Made by a program: the position numbers and the translations under genes
The notes under the pieces: generated by a model
Database searches by the model: none
Seen by the model: only the letters and a program-made list of their open reading frames with translations
What the model was told of the DNA's origin: nothing
Shown: positions 35,050 through 44,490 of the stretch, one piece after another
Layout of the letters: the number at the start of each line of letters is the position of its first letter
How positions within the stretch are numbered: position 1 is the first letter of the stretch
From: a virus
DNA length: 57,903 nt
Direction: 5' to 3' (one strand)
Virus record (IMG/VR): IMGVR_UViG_3300017724_000003
Location: 1-57,903 of that record

Positions 35050-35476
35050 GTTTAATCCACCTACACTCTTCTTTTAACATTCCAAAGATGATTGCTGCAT
35101 CTTCGTCTTCGTCACCAAAGAACCGTCTGACTTTTCCTTCATTGGTGAAGCCCAGACGCTCCGTTAATCTCACCGACTTTTCATTTCCTAGTCTTGCGTT
35201 AGTAGTAAGCCGAACCACCTTGCAAGTAATAAAGGGATATGAAAACAACTCCCTTAATACTGGCCTCGTCAGGGCCCTTTTGTCGTCCAACCAAATGGAC
35301 GCCCAGATTTCTCGCACCGTATAGCAAGAGTAAGTAACTCCGCCAACGAGCTTTTTCTCCTCACTGTCCCAGATGCCGATTGACGAGTTCGGCTCCGCGA
35401 AGGGAGGACATTCACACTTGGTTGCACATATTTGAGCCAACTCGGCTTGTCCTTCATAAATAGGGACAAACCGCAT
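35042..35476 (-). CDS. GNAT-family N-acetyltransferase (RimJ/RimL-like)
   Basis: C-terminal NEKSVRLTERLGFTNEGKVRRFF...AIIFGML matches the GNAT motif A/B region. Overlaps both neighbours by 1-8 nt. Confidence 0.7.
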   Translation of the reverse strand: MRFVPIYEGQAELAQICATKCECPPFAEPNSSIGIWDSEEKKLVGGVTYSCYTVREIWASIWLDDKRALTRPVLRELFSYPFITCKVVRLTTNARLGNEKSVRLTERLGFTNEGKVRRFFGDEDEDAAIIFGMLKEECRWIKHG

Positions 35477-37023
35477 TAGCTGGACAATATGCTAATTGCC
35501 AAGGTGACCTCGAGGTCGTTCAAGCTGCTCGCGCTTGTGATTGCATACCCAATCGACTTGGAAGACGAGGTGGCGTCAATCTCTTGTGGAGTAGACAAGA
35601 CAGTCTCAAGACCTGATGAGGTGACGTTCTGGGTTGAACCCACTGCGACACCGTTTACCAAAAGCTGCCATGTGGCAGAGCCGGAAGAGCACTGAAGACT
35701 GATGGCATCAATCTGAATCTTCTGGCGATAAATCCTTTTGATTGTGTAGCTGGCGTTGCTTACCGCACCGCTCCGGCTTTGATAGATACTATCGGAAGCT
35801 AGAATGGTCGGGAGCTGAGCTGCTGGCAGTCGGCCAGAGCTGTCCAGTTCTGCAACGCCGTTCGCTGCACCCTTCTGTGTTACAGGGACCACGGAGGATA
35901 GGTCAATGTCAGCATAGGACAGGGCGGTACCTGTGGAATTTACCTTAACGAATTGACCTGCGTTTGGTGCAGTGAATGTGGGGAGCGAGCTTTCAGGTGC
36001 CGTCTCTAGCCACTGAGTTCCTGTGTAGAACTTCAGAGTGTTAGGCGTCTGACTGGTGTCCATCCACAATGCACCACTGTCGGGTGAAGACGGTGTGGAT
36101 GAAGACACGGTCAGCTTCGCTGCTGTCGAAATGTGAGAGACCAAGCCGCTTACTTTTGCTTGAGGAATATCAGCGTCTGCGAATTGCATATTCGCAAAGG
36201 TGATTTTGCCTGTGGCCAAGTCGGTAAAGTTCGCTTCCGTCATCAAGCCAGTGACTACGTTTGTGGATGTGTTCTCCACCGTAATAATAGTTACTGTGTT
36301 GCCTGAAGGCACGGCGCTTGTAAACGTCACCGTGTCGGAGGCCGCATTGGTTACATAGTCATTGGCACCGCCGGAGCGCTGCAAGAGACCGTTTTTGTAG
36401 ACCTGTAGGACAGTCGCTTCGTCATGCACAAACGGGAAAACTGTCTGTGATGCTGTCGTCGCTGTGTCTGAACGAGTGAAGCCTGTAATCGACGAGGTCC
36501 GAATCTTGTATATGGTGACAGTCTCACCAGCAGAAAGGCCGGAGTTAAATGTCACTGTGTTCGCTGAGTCGCTGGCCTGGTAGTCATAGCTACTGCCCAG
36601 GCGTTTGAGGACACCGTCCACATAGACCAGCAATTCGTCTCCGCTTTCGTGAGCGTAAGAGATTACGGTCTGACCTGCTGTGGCTACTGTGTCTTGTCGC
36701 GAGAACAGAATTGGCGCACCCAATTCGCCGACCACGCTGCCAGCAGCACCACGAAGAGACTCAAGAGTCGCAAGGTTTTTCCATCCTGTGCTTTCATCAG
36801 TGTATGTGCCTACTCGATATTGCAGGCCAGAAGAGGAGTCATTGCGTAGCTCAATCGGCCCTTGCCATATACCGCTTTCGTCAAAAAGCGTTTCGAGCAG
36901 CTCTCCAAGTGTCTTTTCTCCCAACTCAGCAGAGTTGAGGTATCTAATTACGTTTTCAAACTCAGCGTTGATGTTGCCGGAAGCAACATAATTTTGTGGG
37001 TTTTGTTGTCGAAGTCGAGCCAT
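35476..37023 (-). CDS. Tail fiber / tail spike protein 1, with a duplicated internal beta-domain
   Basis: N-terminal domain is homologous to that of ORF 48295-50316. Tandem units ...ELLVYVDGVLKRLGSSYDY...TVTF and ...VLQVYKNGLLQRSGGANDY...TVTF. Confidence 0.65.
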   Translation of the reverse strand: MARLRQQNPQNYVASGNINAEFENVIRYLNSAELGEKTLGELLETLFDESGIWQGPIELRNDSSSGLQYRVGTYTDESTGWKNLATLESLRGAAGSVVGELGAPILFSRQDTVATAGQTVISYAHESGDELLVYVDGVLKRLGSSYDYQASDSANTVTFNSGLSAGETVTIYKIRTSSITGFTRSDTATTASQTVFPFVHDEATVLQVYKNGLLQRSGGANDYVTNAASDTVTFTSAVPSGNTVTIITVENTSTNVVTGLMTEANFTDLATGKITFANMQFADADIPQAKVSGLVSHISTAAKLTVSSSTPSSPDSGALWMDTSQTPNTLKFYTGTQWLETAPESSLPTFTAPNAGQFVKVNSTGTALSYADIDLSSVVPVTQKGAANGVAELDSSGRLPAAQLPTILASDSIYQSRSGAVSNASYTIKRIYRQKIQIDAISLQCSSGSATWQLLVNGVAVGSTQNVTSSGLETVLSTPQEIDATSSSKSIGYAITSASSLNDLEVTLAISILSS

Positions 37024-37024
37024 T

Positions 37025-38518
37025 TTACTTCCTCAAGATTACGCCCAAGCCGATAATTCGACAGAGCCCCTTTCCTTTAACTGTCATGCGGTATTGGGCA
37101 CCCCGATAACGCATCTCGAGTTTTCTTTCGTACTGCCGTGATAATGGAACATCAGGGAAATAGTTGTCGTCCGCACTGTCGCTTATCTCAAATACCATGC
37201 TTCCGATAATCCGCCCCGTGTCATCTATCACCTCCAGCGTCGCGTCTCCAGCGCCGTCCGCCTGGACAACAACTGAATGCACTGTTTTTGTTTCAGAGAA
37301 GCTGCCATGCCAGAGGACAGGTGTGGTGAACACCATGTCTGGATGGACTTCGGCTTCCTCTTCGATTTTCTTGATGTCGTATATGCCACCCGATGTTCCG
37401 TAGACTAAACGTCCAGCCTGGAATGCGCCGCAGCGGGCGTTCAAGAACTCTCCTGTAGACCACTTAGGCTCCATACGAGGATTAACCGTCATGGTCAGTC
37501 GTTTAGATAGGGTGCCGCCAGGCTGCGGGAAGAAGATGTGGTACTGCCCCATGTCTGGGTCGTAGGCAGAGCTGATAAGGCTCACGTCCTCAACAGTAGC
37601 AATCAGCTTGCGATACTCGATGTCGATTTTTTCTGACAGCGCTGTTCCCTCAATCGTGATGCCGTTTTCCGCAGAGCGACGAAGGCTGTGCACGCCAGAG
37701 CGTGAGCAAAACAGAATGTCTGTGCCAGCCCGTTGAACTGTTCGGTGACTTACGCAACCGACGTTCACGCTGGCCTTATCGTCCAGAGCCCAGAGGTCAA
37801 TGTTTGGGTCAATCAGGTAAACGAGAACACGGTCGTTAGTAAACACAGCCATGCGTGACTGCTCGAACTTAGACAGCCCGGTGATTTGCTCTGATGTACC
37901 CAACTGGTTAGCAACGTCAATGATGCCAGCGCGGAGAACACTCACGCTGTCGAGAGGTTCGTCTCCTGGAAAAATCTCGTCGTTGTCTACGCGGGACAGG
38001 AAGATTTGCGTTTCACGCCCTGGGACGCCAGCAACACACAGTCTGCGTGAAACCGATGTGGCAAACGATGGGCGCAGACGGTCAAGGTCTGGGCTGCCAT
38101 TCGTCTTGTACTGTAGGCCGTTGTAGTAAAGTGGCGATTCACCACGAGAAAAAAAGTGCACAGAGCGATTGAACACTGTGGTCGATACCCGCGCGTTACG
38201 AGGGAATGCGCCAGTTTTCTTGTGCCCCACTTCGCTTACCAAATTTAAGCCAGCGCCATCTTGCTCTGTGTAGACCACGTTGTCCGTGGAATAGAAGGCA
38301 ACCTCTTGAACTGGGTGTTGTCCTGACAAGAAGTTTGCACCAGGGTCGCGGACAATCTGACCGCGCCAGTCGCAGAAGCAGTCTGTAGACGTAGACAGAT
38401 GCTGGTTCTTACCTGTATCGAGCGACGTCACGTCCCGGGAAGAGTCTAGCCCCTGGAAGCTCTCGTAAGGAACACTCCGTAGGGATATTCCACTTTTACT
38501 TTTGGTCGCACTGGCCAT
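37025..38518 (-). CDS. Tail structural protein candidate (nozzle / tubular protein position)
   Basis: 497-aa ORF between head-proximal small proteins and the fiber gene. Assignment by synteny only. Confidence 0.5.
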   Translation of the reverse strand: MASATKSKSGISLRSVPYESFQGLDSSRDVTSLDTGKNQHLSTSTDCFCDWRGQIVRDPGANFLSGQHPVQEVAFYSTDNVVYTEQDGAGLNLVSEVGHKKTGAFPRNARVSTTVFNRSVHFFSRGESPLYYNGLQYKTNGSPDLDRLRPSFATSVSRRLCVAGVPGRETQIFLSRVDNDEIFPGDEPLDSVSVLRAGIIDVANQLGTSEQITGLSKFEQSRMAVFTNDRVLVYLIDPNIDLWALDDKASVNVGCVSHRTVQRAGTDILFCSRSGVHSLRRSAENGITIEGTALSEKIDIEYRKLIATVEDVSLISSAYDPDMGQYHIFFPQPGGTLSKRLTMTVNPRMEPKWSTGEFLNARCGAFQAGRLVYGTSGGIYDIKKIEEEAEVHPDMVFTTPVLWHGSFSETKTVHSVVVQADGAGDATLEVIDDTGRIIGSMVFEISDSADDNYFPDVPLSRQYERKLEMRYRGAQYRMTVKGKGLCRIIGLGVILRK

Positions 38519-38982
38519 CAGTATTTAACTGTCCCGTTGTTTTTGTCGGTAGACATGGCAGTGTAGTTTTTTGGGTTCGTGCCGTTGTCTGTAACGCGCA
38601 TCTGTACTTTAGTGTTGCCGTTGAGGCGACGCCAAAGCTCTTGGTTAATCATGCGAATAAACTGAGCGCCATACGTTTCTTCTTTGTCCGACGCCTGCTG
38701 CGTTGCGTAGTGAAACAACAGACCAGCAATCATGATTGTGTCTGGCACGGGACGGGTCTCGGACATGTGTTCGTAGTAATCAAGCTCGGCTCCATCCCAA
38801 TATGGGTGCATACGGACCTCGTCGAGTATCATGTTTGCGAACTCAATGAACATCAGAGATGCGTCACCGGACAAAGTCCCTGGAGCAAAGTCACCAAAAC
38901 GGCGCACAGCCTGTAGGGTCATCGTCTCCAGAGGGGCGAAGTTATCTGTAACGTGCGGATTGGTGTTGCTTGTCTCGACCAT
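38518..38982 (-). CDS. Head-tail adaptor / connector candidate
   Basis: 154-aa ORF, 1-nt overlap with the downstream gene. Position is downstream of the capsid gene. Confidence 0.45.
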   Translation of the reverse strand: MVETSNTNPHVTDNFAPLETMTLQAVRRFGDFAPGTLSGDASLMFIEFANMILDEVRMHPYWDGAELDYYEHMSETRPVPDTIMIAGLLFHYATQQASDKEETYGAQFIRMINQELWRRLNGNTKVQMRVTDNGTNPKNYTAMSTDKNNGTVKY

Positions 38983-38983
38983 T

Positions 38984-39256
38984 TTATTCCTCGACTACAC
39001 GCCCCATCTGGACGTAATGATGGCGGCGCACAAGCACAGCCTCTTCTGCTGAGAAGCGCCAGCGTAGACGACCGTCTTCGCGGCGGTGAGCGTATCGGTC
39101 GCGGATGTTGAACTGAACTGGCTCTTTTTCGCGCGATATAAAAACAACGACATCTTTGGCTTTGGGGGCTTCAGTCTTGGGCGCTTCGACCTCTGGGGCC
39201 TCGACTTTCGTAGCGGCCTTCTTGGTGGCTTGCTTCTTTGGCTTAGTATCTGACAT
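38984..39256 (-). CDS. Hypothetical protein with a Lys/Ala/Pro-rich N-terminus (start at internal Met of tracked ORF 38984-39400)
   Basis: ATG at 39256 preceded by GGAGAC. The upstream part of the tracked ORF covers the capsid terminator and capsid 3' end. Confidence 0.5.
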   Translation of the reverse strand: MSDTKPKKQATKKAATKVEAPEVEAPKTEAPKAKDVVVFISREKEPVQFNIRDRYAHRREDGRLRWRFSAEEAVLVRRHHYVQMGRVVEE

Positions 39257-39269
39257 TAAAGGTCTCCAT

Positions 39270-39300
39270 AAAAAAGGGGTGATAGCTGAGCTACCACCCC
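39270..39300 (-). terminator. Rho-independent terminator downstream of the major capsid gene
   Basis: On the minus strand: GGGGTGGTAGC-TCA-GCTATCACCCC (11-bp stem with one G.U) followed by TTTTTT. Confidence 0.7.
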
Positions 39301-39335
39301 TAAACTTACAGCCGTCATCAAGACGGGTCGTCCGC

Positions 39336-40508
39336 TTACGCGTTGGACGCCCAGTTCTTAATGTAGACGTGGGTTTTGTCTTGCAGGAGTTCCAGACCAC
39401 ACTCGGTCAGGTACTCATGGATGACACCATCCACGCCGTTACCTTGACGGTTCTCGTACAGTGCAGTGTCGCGACCGTCGAGGTGGCGATACTTGAGGTA
39501 CGGGAAGTCAACGATAATCATGGCATTGTCCATGCCAGGAATTTGACGGAACTGCGGGTGCAGGTGAACCATCAAGTCGCCAGCAAAAGTGTTGTAGCGA
39601 GTCAGGTTTACACCGTAAGCACCTTGGACACTTTCAGGACGCCAGCGGTTCTTGCCAAACTCTTGCAAGTGAGCAGCCACTTTGTAGCCACAGAATGCAA
39701 TCTTTTCGCTTGAACCGTATTTGAAGATGGTCTTGATGAGCTCTTCGTCGAATTGAGCTTCACTCATAGAACCGTCACCGTCGATGTCGCTATTGCAATC
39801 AATAACGGTCGTCAGTGAGTTGGTCAAACCACCTGTGTAGCGGCGAGGCGCAGCAGCCGAACCGTTTTCCTCTGCCTTGATACCGAAGAACATGGCGCGC
39901 TCAATGTCGCTCATGTGCAGCTTCAGGGCTTTGGTCATCGCTTCGTCTTCTTTGTCACCAGTGCGCAGGTACGTTGACTTCAGGGTGTTAGACACACCGA
40001 AGGCTGTACGGAAAATCTGCGTGTAGTTGGAAGCTACCGACGCGTCGAACGTGATGGGCGTACCCACGTTGTCGTTCTCAGCAGCGGCAAAGCCAGCTAC
40101 GAACAGTTCTGCATTGTCTGCGATTTGGTGAGTGGTTCCACCGATGTTACGAGCAACAACAAGAGTAGTTGCAGTAGTATCAGCAGTAACACGCATCACT
40201 TCACCAGTTGCACTGTTGACAACGATTGCGCCAGCAACGGCGAATTTGTTGTCGTCAGAAGCGTCGATGGTGACTGATGTGGTGCTTGTTGAAGCAACAG
40301 CGCCGTTCACAGTGATTTTCCGGTCCGGCAATTCGTCACGGAAGTTTTTGTACTCAGGGTCGTCGGTGCCTTCAGAGGAACCGAAAGACAACAGAGCATT
40401 CAACGGTGCATTACCGTTGGGTTCCAGAAGCGTAAAGAGCTCCCGGTAGTTTTTGGGGCGGAAGTCCGATGAGAACTCTCCAGTACCCCGTACACCTTGA
40501 ATAGCCAT
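39336..40508 (-). CDS. Major capsid protein
   Basis: 390 aa. N-terminus MAIQGVRGTGEFSSDFRPKNYRE resembles podovirus major capsid proteins. Lies downstream of the scaffold gene and is followed by a strong terminator. Confidence 0.75.
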   Translation of the reverse strand: MAIQGVRGTGEFSSDFRPKNYRELFTLLEPNGNAPLNALLSFGSSEGTDDPEYKNFRDELPDRKITVNGAVASTSTTSVTIDASDDNKFAVAGAIVVNSATGEVMRVTADTTATTLVVARNIGGTTHQIADNAELFVAGFAAAENDNVGTPITFDASVASNYTQIFRTAFGVSNTLKSTYLRTGDKEDEAMTKALKLHMSDIERAMFFGIKAEENGSAAAPRRYTGGLTNSLTTVIDCNSDIDGDGSMSEAQFDEELIKTIFKYGSSEKIAFCGYKVAAHLQEFGKNRWRPESVQGAYGVNLTRYNTFAGDLMVHLHPQFRQIPGMDNAMIIVDFPYLKYRHLDGRDTALYENRQGNGVDGVIHEYLTECGLELLQDKTHVYIKNWASNA

Positions 40509-40634
40509 GATAAGTCTCCTTTAATGGCGGGTTTACGTTGGTTATGGTGAGCTGCTCCGCCTAGTGAGGAATTACCGTCTCATAAAGCGTTTCACTCAAA
40601 AAATCAGGGGCCTTGGCACCTGTGACTACAGGAT

Positions 40635-40666
40635 AAAAAAAGGGCGGGACTTTTGTCGTCCCGCCC
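40635..40666 (-). terminator. Rho-independent terminator (weakly bidirectional) between the scaffold and capsid genes
   Basis: Stem AGGGCGGGAC/GTCCCGCCCT (10 bp) with a 7-nt loop. Seven T follow immediately on the minus strand; on the plus strand the T-run follows after 4 nt. Confidence 0.65.
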
Positions 40667-40690
40667 TTAGTTTTTTATTAGCTATTTTAG

Positions 40691-40840
40691 CTATTTATCT
40701 TTTCGGATATTTAGAGCAAGCAACTGAATAAACTTGTTCACTTTTGCTAATAGCTCGTTGTCCTTATTAGAGGAAGTCAGGTTAGCCAGCACTGAGGCTG
40801 ACGCAATGATTCCTGCAATCCATGCGACTACGGTTTCCAT
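40691..40840 (-). CDS. Small membrane protein (49 aa); not in the ORF track
   Basis: TAATG overlap with the scaffold stop. My translation: METVVAWIAGIIASASVLANLTSSNKDNELLAKVNKFIQLLALNIRKDK. Confidence 0.4.
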   Translation of the reverse strand: METVVAWIAGIIASASVLANLTSSNKDNELLAKVNKFIQLLALNIRKDK

Positions 40841-41850
40841 TATTCTCTCCCTGTTGCGAGGTTAGTCAGACGATTAAGTGTGGGGTCGCCTTCAGGTTCA
40901 GGTGCCGACATAGCATCGCCTGCTTGTGGCGTCTGAGAGATTGTCCCAGTAAATGCTTGGCGGCGCTTGTGAATGTCACGGAGGCTTGCCATCTCTTCAC
41001 TGTCCATGCTGTTCTTGAAGTCAGTCATGACACGCATGGTAAGACCAGCGTCAATGAAGTCATCTTCTGTGTAGCCACGCTCGTTAGCGAACACACGGAA
41101 GTCTTCCGCCATTTCATCACTAAGACCGACTTGAGCCGCACCCTTGTCCAGGTTGTTGGCAATCATCTGAGAGGCAGCCTTGCCTTTCATGTCCTGAGCT
41201 TCAATAGCCTGCTTTGCTGCACCGTCGGCTGCTGCTTCGCCCTGCTGTAGGACTTTCGCAAGCATGCCCTGGAGCTGCTGCATGTTGCCTGCCATTGTCG
41301 CCATTTGCTGTTGCGACTCACGGAAGCCAGGCGGCAGGGCAACAGCGTTGTCCTCTTCCCACTGACTAAGTGCATCGCGAGTCATCTCGGCGCTTGCTTG
41401 GACATTGGTCTTGCCGTCTTCGTCACCCATCTGTGGGTTGGACTGACCAGCCTTCATCATGTTTAAGATTTGACGAGCGGCGTCATCAGGGTTTTTAGCG
41501 AACCCATTTTTGATGGCAGCCTCAACAACCTTATTCAGGTTAGCGTTCTGAGAGTTAGCGAAGTTTAAGTCTCGATAACGCTTGAAGGTCTCTCGGATTT
41601 GGTTGGGATTCAGCTTGCGCATGTCACCCTCACCGAAGTCGATTTCATACAGGATGGCATCCATGTCCATCTTGTCGCCTTCGGTTTGCGGAGAACCTTC
41701 GTCTACAGCTTTCTCTTCTGCTGTTTCAGGTGCCTCTGCTGGCGCTGCTGGTGCTGGGGCTTGTGCTTGTTGTGGGTCAACACCCATTTGTTTAGATGCG
41801 AGCGTGTCGATTAGATTTGCTTGCGCTTCCTGTGGCAGTTCATCAGCCAT
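40840..41850 (-). CDS. Scaffolding protein candidate
   Basis: 336 aa, acidic, A/Q/E-rich and helical. Lies immediately upstream of the capsid gene. Confidence 0.55.
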   Translation of the reverse strand: MADELPQEAQANLIDTLASKQMGVDPQQAQAPAPAAPAEAPETAEEKAVDEGSPQTEGDKMDMDAILYEIDFGEGDMRKLNPNQIRETFKRYRDLNFANSQNANLNKVVEAAIKNGFAKNPDDAARQILNMMKAGQSNPQMGDEDGKTNVQASAEMTRDALSQWEEDNAVALPPGFRESQQQMATMAGNMQQLQGMLAKVLQQGEAAADGAAKQAIEAQDMKGKAASQMIANNLDKGAAQVGLSDEMAEDFRVFANERGYTEDDFIDAGLTMRVMTDFKNSMDSEEMASLRDIHKRRQAFTGTISQTPQAGDAMSAPEPEGDPTLNRLTNLATGRE

Positions 41851-41853
41851 TGT

Positions 41854-42174
41854 TTACTCCTCTCCCGGCCTTGGCGGGGATTTGGTTAAGATATTGAATG
41901 AAGCCGTGGCGTCACTCAGTTCATCTGCTGCCTCGAGCCGTATTAGAGATTCCAGATGAAGCTCTAGCTTATCTGGCAACTCGAGTAGCTGCTTTGCGGC
42001 CCAGATAGAGCCGCGTCGGAAGTGCATCTCTTCAACAGGCATGGCAGCGTTGTTTGCCATTCCCATTGCCGCACTAACGATTTCCTGTTCCATCACTTCT
42101 CGGATGTAAGTCCAGCCGCGTGATGACTTTAGTGTTTCGACGCCCTTGAGGTTCGTCTTATCTTTACGTGACAT
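41854..42174 (-). CDS. Hypothetical protein
   Basis: 106-aa ORF, tightly packed in the late operon. Confidence 0.5.
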   Translation of the reverse strand: MSRKDKTNLKGVETLKSSRGWTYIREVMEQEIVSAAMGMANNAAMPVEEMHFRRGSIWAAKQLLELPDKLELHLESLIRLEAADELSDATASFNILTKSPPRPGEE

Positions 42175-42627
42175 TTATTTGAAATAACCCTCGTTGAATT
42201 TAGTTGGCTTGTTCATCTCATCGCTGATTTCTTGATTGCTGAAATACTGGTTGGAGAACTGCTTGTCCATGTCGATTTGTTGAAACGTCTTCATTACGTT
42301 GTCTGTAAGAGAAAGCGGTATTGTTGGAACAAAACCAACGAGGCCAGCAAGAATGTCAGACGCTCTCATGGGTGGCGCGTTCGGGCTTCTGTCGCCAGCA
42401 AAGCCGCCACTGAATGTGTTGAGCATTTGGTCCGCTGCGCGGCTCACTGCGGTATCACCGCTAAACAAGCCCTTTGCCTTTGGACGGTTGTAGTAAACGT
42501 CATCAGGTATGTCTGTGAAGTTTGTGCTAGGGACGTAACCAAACGGGTTAGCGCGTGCGGCAAGCTCATCTTCTTGAGACATGAGATTGGCACCATACAG
42601 GTTCCGCTGCTGGTCACTTATCGGCAT
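42175..42627 (-). CDS. Hypothetical protein
   Basis: 150-aa ORF abutting both neighbours. Confidence 0.5.
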   Translation of the reverse strand: MPISDQQRNLYGANLMSQEDELAARANPFGYVPSTNFTDIPDDVYYNRPKAKGLFSGDTAVSRAADQMLNTFSGGFAGDRSPNAPPMRASDILAGLVGFVPTIPLSLTDNVMKTFQQIDMDKQFSNQYFSNQEISDEMNKPTKFNEGYFK

Positions 42628-43019
42628 TAGGCTCTCCGGCTAACGCGGCGGTTAGGTGAGCCTGCTAGGGCTGCACGGTCACGCTGCATCTGACGCGAGG
42701 TTGCCTGATTGTAGGCTTTGATGGCCTTGCTCATCTCGTCATTAAACGTGGTGTCCGTTTCAGCGGTTGATTTCGCCACAGACATTCCTTCGCTTACTGA
42801 TGCGTTGTCAGTGGGTCTTTCTTCTGCTGCCATCGGATTGGGGGCTGGAGCTGATGCGCTGGTTGATGGCAAGCCTGGCTTGCTCTGCGCAATCTCAGGA
42901 GCTCCCTGACCTGCGTTACGGTATTTATCAAACAGTGTTTGAAACCGAGCGAAGGGACCAGAGCCTGCTCGCTTTAAGCGACCAGCTTCGTAATCGCGGA
43001 AACTACCTGAGAATGCCAT
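42627..43019 (-). CDS. Hypothetical protein
   Basis: 130-aa ORF, 1-nt overlap with the downstream gene. Confidence 0.5.
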   Translation of the reverse strand: MAFSGSFRDYEAGRLKRAGSGPFARFQTLFDKYRNAGQGAPEIAQSKPGLPSTSASAPAPNPMAAEERPTDNASVSEGMSVAKSTAETDTTFNDEMSKAIKAYNQATSRQMQRDRAALAGSPNRRVSRRA

Positions 43020-43043
43020 GATTAAGCCCGCCGTGTTTTCGCT

Positions 43044-43661
43044 TTAGATTTCCGTGCTGTGGGTTTCCCCGCCATCACTGTCTTGTGTGCTTTCGCTTTC
43101 TTGCCGCGACCAGGAGCGGCGCGTTTTCTTCCCATAGCCATCTTCGTATTCCTCTCTTGCTTGTCGTCGTTGATATAGGTGCTTCACCTCTTTTGATGAA
43201 GCGCCCTTGTAATACCTTTGTGCCTCAAGTTGCCTACTGGCGTCGTCCAGTTCGGTCAGCCTTTGGACGAAGACCATTGCATACGGCTCGTCCACAAGAG
43301 GCGTGAAGTCATCATCATCGGCGAAATCTGGGTCAGGGTCGTCCGGGTGAAATCCGATGAGCCACAGGTTACTTTTGGCGAGCTGTGGATTTATATCGTT
43401 TAGGTCTTTGTGGAAGTCCGCGCTGCTTTTTTCTGGGTTGAGCTCTGCGTGTATCACAATGCTCTTGGTCTGCGGGAACCGTCGCGCGGTATCCATGATG
43501 GAAGAGTAGCTCCACCCAAACCCGATACGTATTTCTACGTGGTCGCGCTCTAGCGCATTCTCTGCAAAAGGACAGGCAGGCATGCCGTTGAAGTGGGGAC
43601 TGTTGGGCGTCAGGTACTTTTTGGCCCAGAGGCGCAACTCTGACTTAATAAGCTCTTTCAT
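43044..43661 (-). CDS. Hypothetical protein with an acidic middle and a basic/acidic C-terminal tail
   Basis: 205-aa ORF in the accessory island. Confidence 0.5.
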   Translation of the reverse strand: MKELIKSELRLWAKKYLTPNSPHFNGMPACPFAENALERDHVEIRIGFGWSYSSIMDTARRFPQTKSIVIHAELNPEKSSADFHKDLNDINPQLAKSNLWLIGFHPDDPDPDFADDDDFTPLVDEPYAMVFVQRLTELDDASRQLEAQRYYKGASSKEVKHLYQRRQAREEYEDGYGKKTRRSWSRQESESTQDSDGGETHSTEI

Positions 43662-43662
43662 A

Positions 43663-43911
43663 TTATTCGGAGAAGAACTGCATGCCGATTGCTGCGGCGA
43701 TGCCAGATAGGATGGTTAGAGTGACGACACGGGTTATTGTTTGGCCTACAGCGCCTTTTGTTTCGCGCCAGCTATCGAGCAGGTTTCTTAGTTCGTAGAC
43801 GTCATGAATTGCGTCGTCATCGTGCAAGCCCACATCAGAAAGCGCCTTGCGAGCACCCGCTTCAGCAGCGCGCTCAAGTAGTATCTCTAGTTCTGCTTGC
43901 TCAATGTCCAT
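43663..43911 (-). CDS. Small protein with a C-terminal transmembrane anchor
   Basis: 82 aa. C-terminal VVTLTILSGIAAAIGMQFF. Confidence 0.5.
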   Translation of the reverse strand: MDIEQAELEILLERAAEAGARKALSDVGLHDDDAIHDVYELRNLLDSWRETKGAVGQTITRVVTLTILSGIAAAIGMQFFSE

Positions 43912-43947
43912 GGTGCATAGTTACCTATTTACAGTTACTGGTCGTCC

Positions 43948-44490
43948 CTAGATGAACTTCGGCCCAACAAACCAACTAACAATGCTGTGCCTTGTGCCAG
44001 AAGTGACTGGTTTTACTTGGTGCATTAAGAAGCTAGGGAAGACGAGGATTGAGCCGCGTTTGTCAAAGTTCGTCGGGGTGGTCTCTTCGCCATCGTCTAC
44101 AAAGACAAACTCTCCGCCCTCATAGTCTTCGGGGTCTGAAAGCTGAATAACGATACTTAGCTTTCTCATATTGTCTTCGAGCTTAAACGTGTCTATGTGA
44201 GCGTCGTAGAACTCACCCACCGCATACTTTGTGAACTGAATGCCGTTGTCGCCATGTATGTCGAAGTCCCAAGCCTGCCTGTTCGCCATGAAGGTGTAAT
44301 GGCTTACGAGGCCACCTATCCAGTGGCCTGAGTCGACCCAAGACACCCGCGACTTGCGCTTCTCAATGTTGAGGTCGCCACCCGCCTCGGCTTGCTTCTC
44401 TGGTAGCGAAAGCCCGTGCTCGATAATTTCGTCGCATATGGAGGCAGGCAACTCACTGGTCCATGACCAGTAGTGTGGGTCTACTATCAT
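43948..44490 (-). CDS. 2OG-Fe(II) oxygenase, prolyl-4-hydroxylase-like (P4Hc / 2OG-FeII_Oxy_3 type)
   Basis: YAVGEFYDAHIDTF (HxD), RKLSIVIQLSDPEDYEGGEF, LMHQVKPVTSGTRHSIV (distal His and Arg). Confidence 0.8.
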   Translation of the reverse strand: MIVDPHYWSWTSELPASICDEIIEHGLSLPEKQAEAGGDLNIEKRKSRVSWVDSGHWIGGLVSHYTFMANRQAWDFDIHGDNGIQFTKYAVGEFYDAHIDTFKLEDNMRKLSIVIQLSDPEDYEGGEFVFVDDGEETTPTNFDKRGSILVFPSFLMHQVKPVTSGTRHSIVSWFVGPKFI

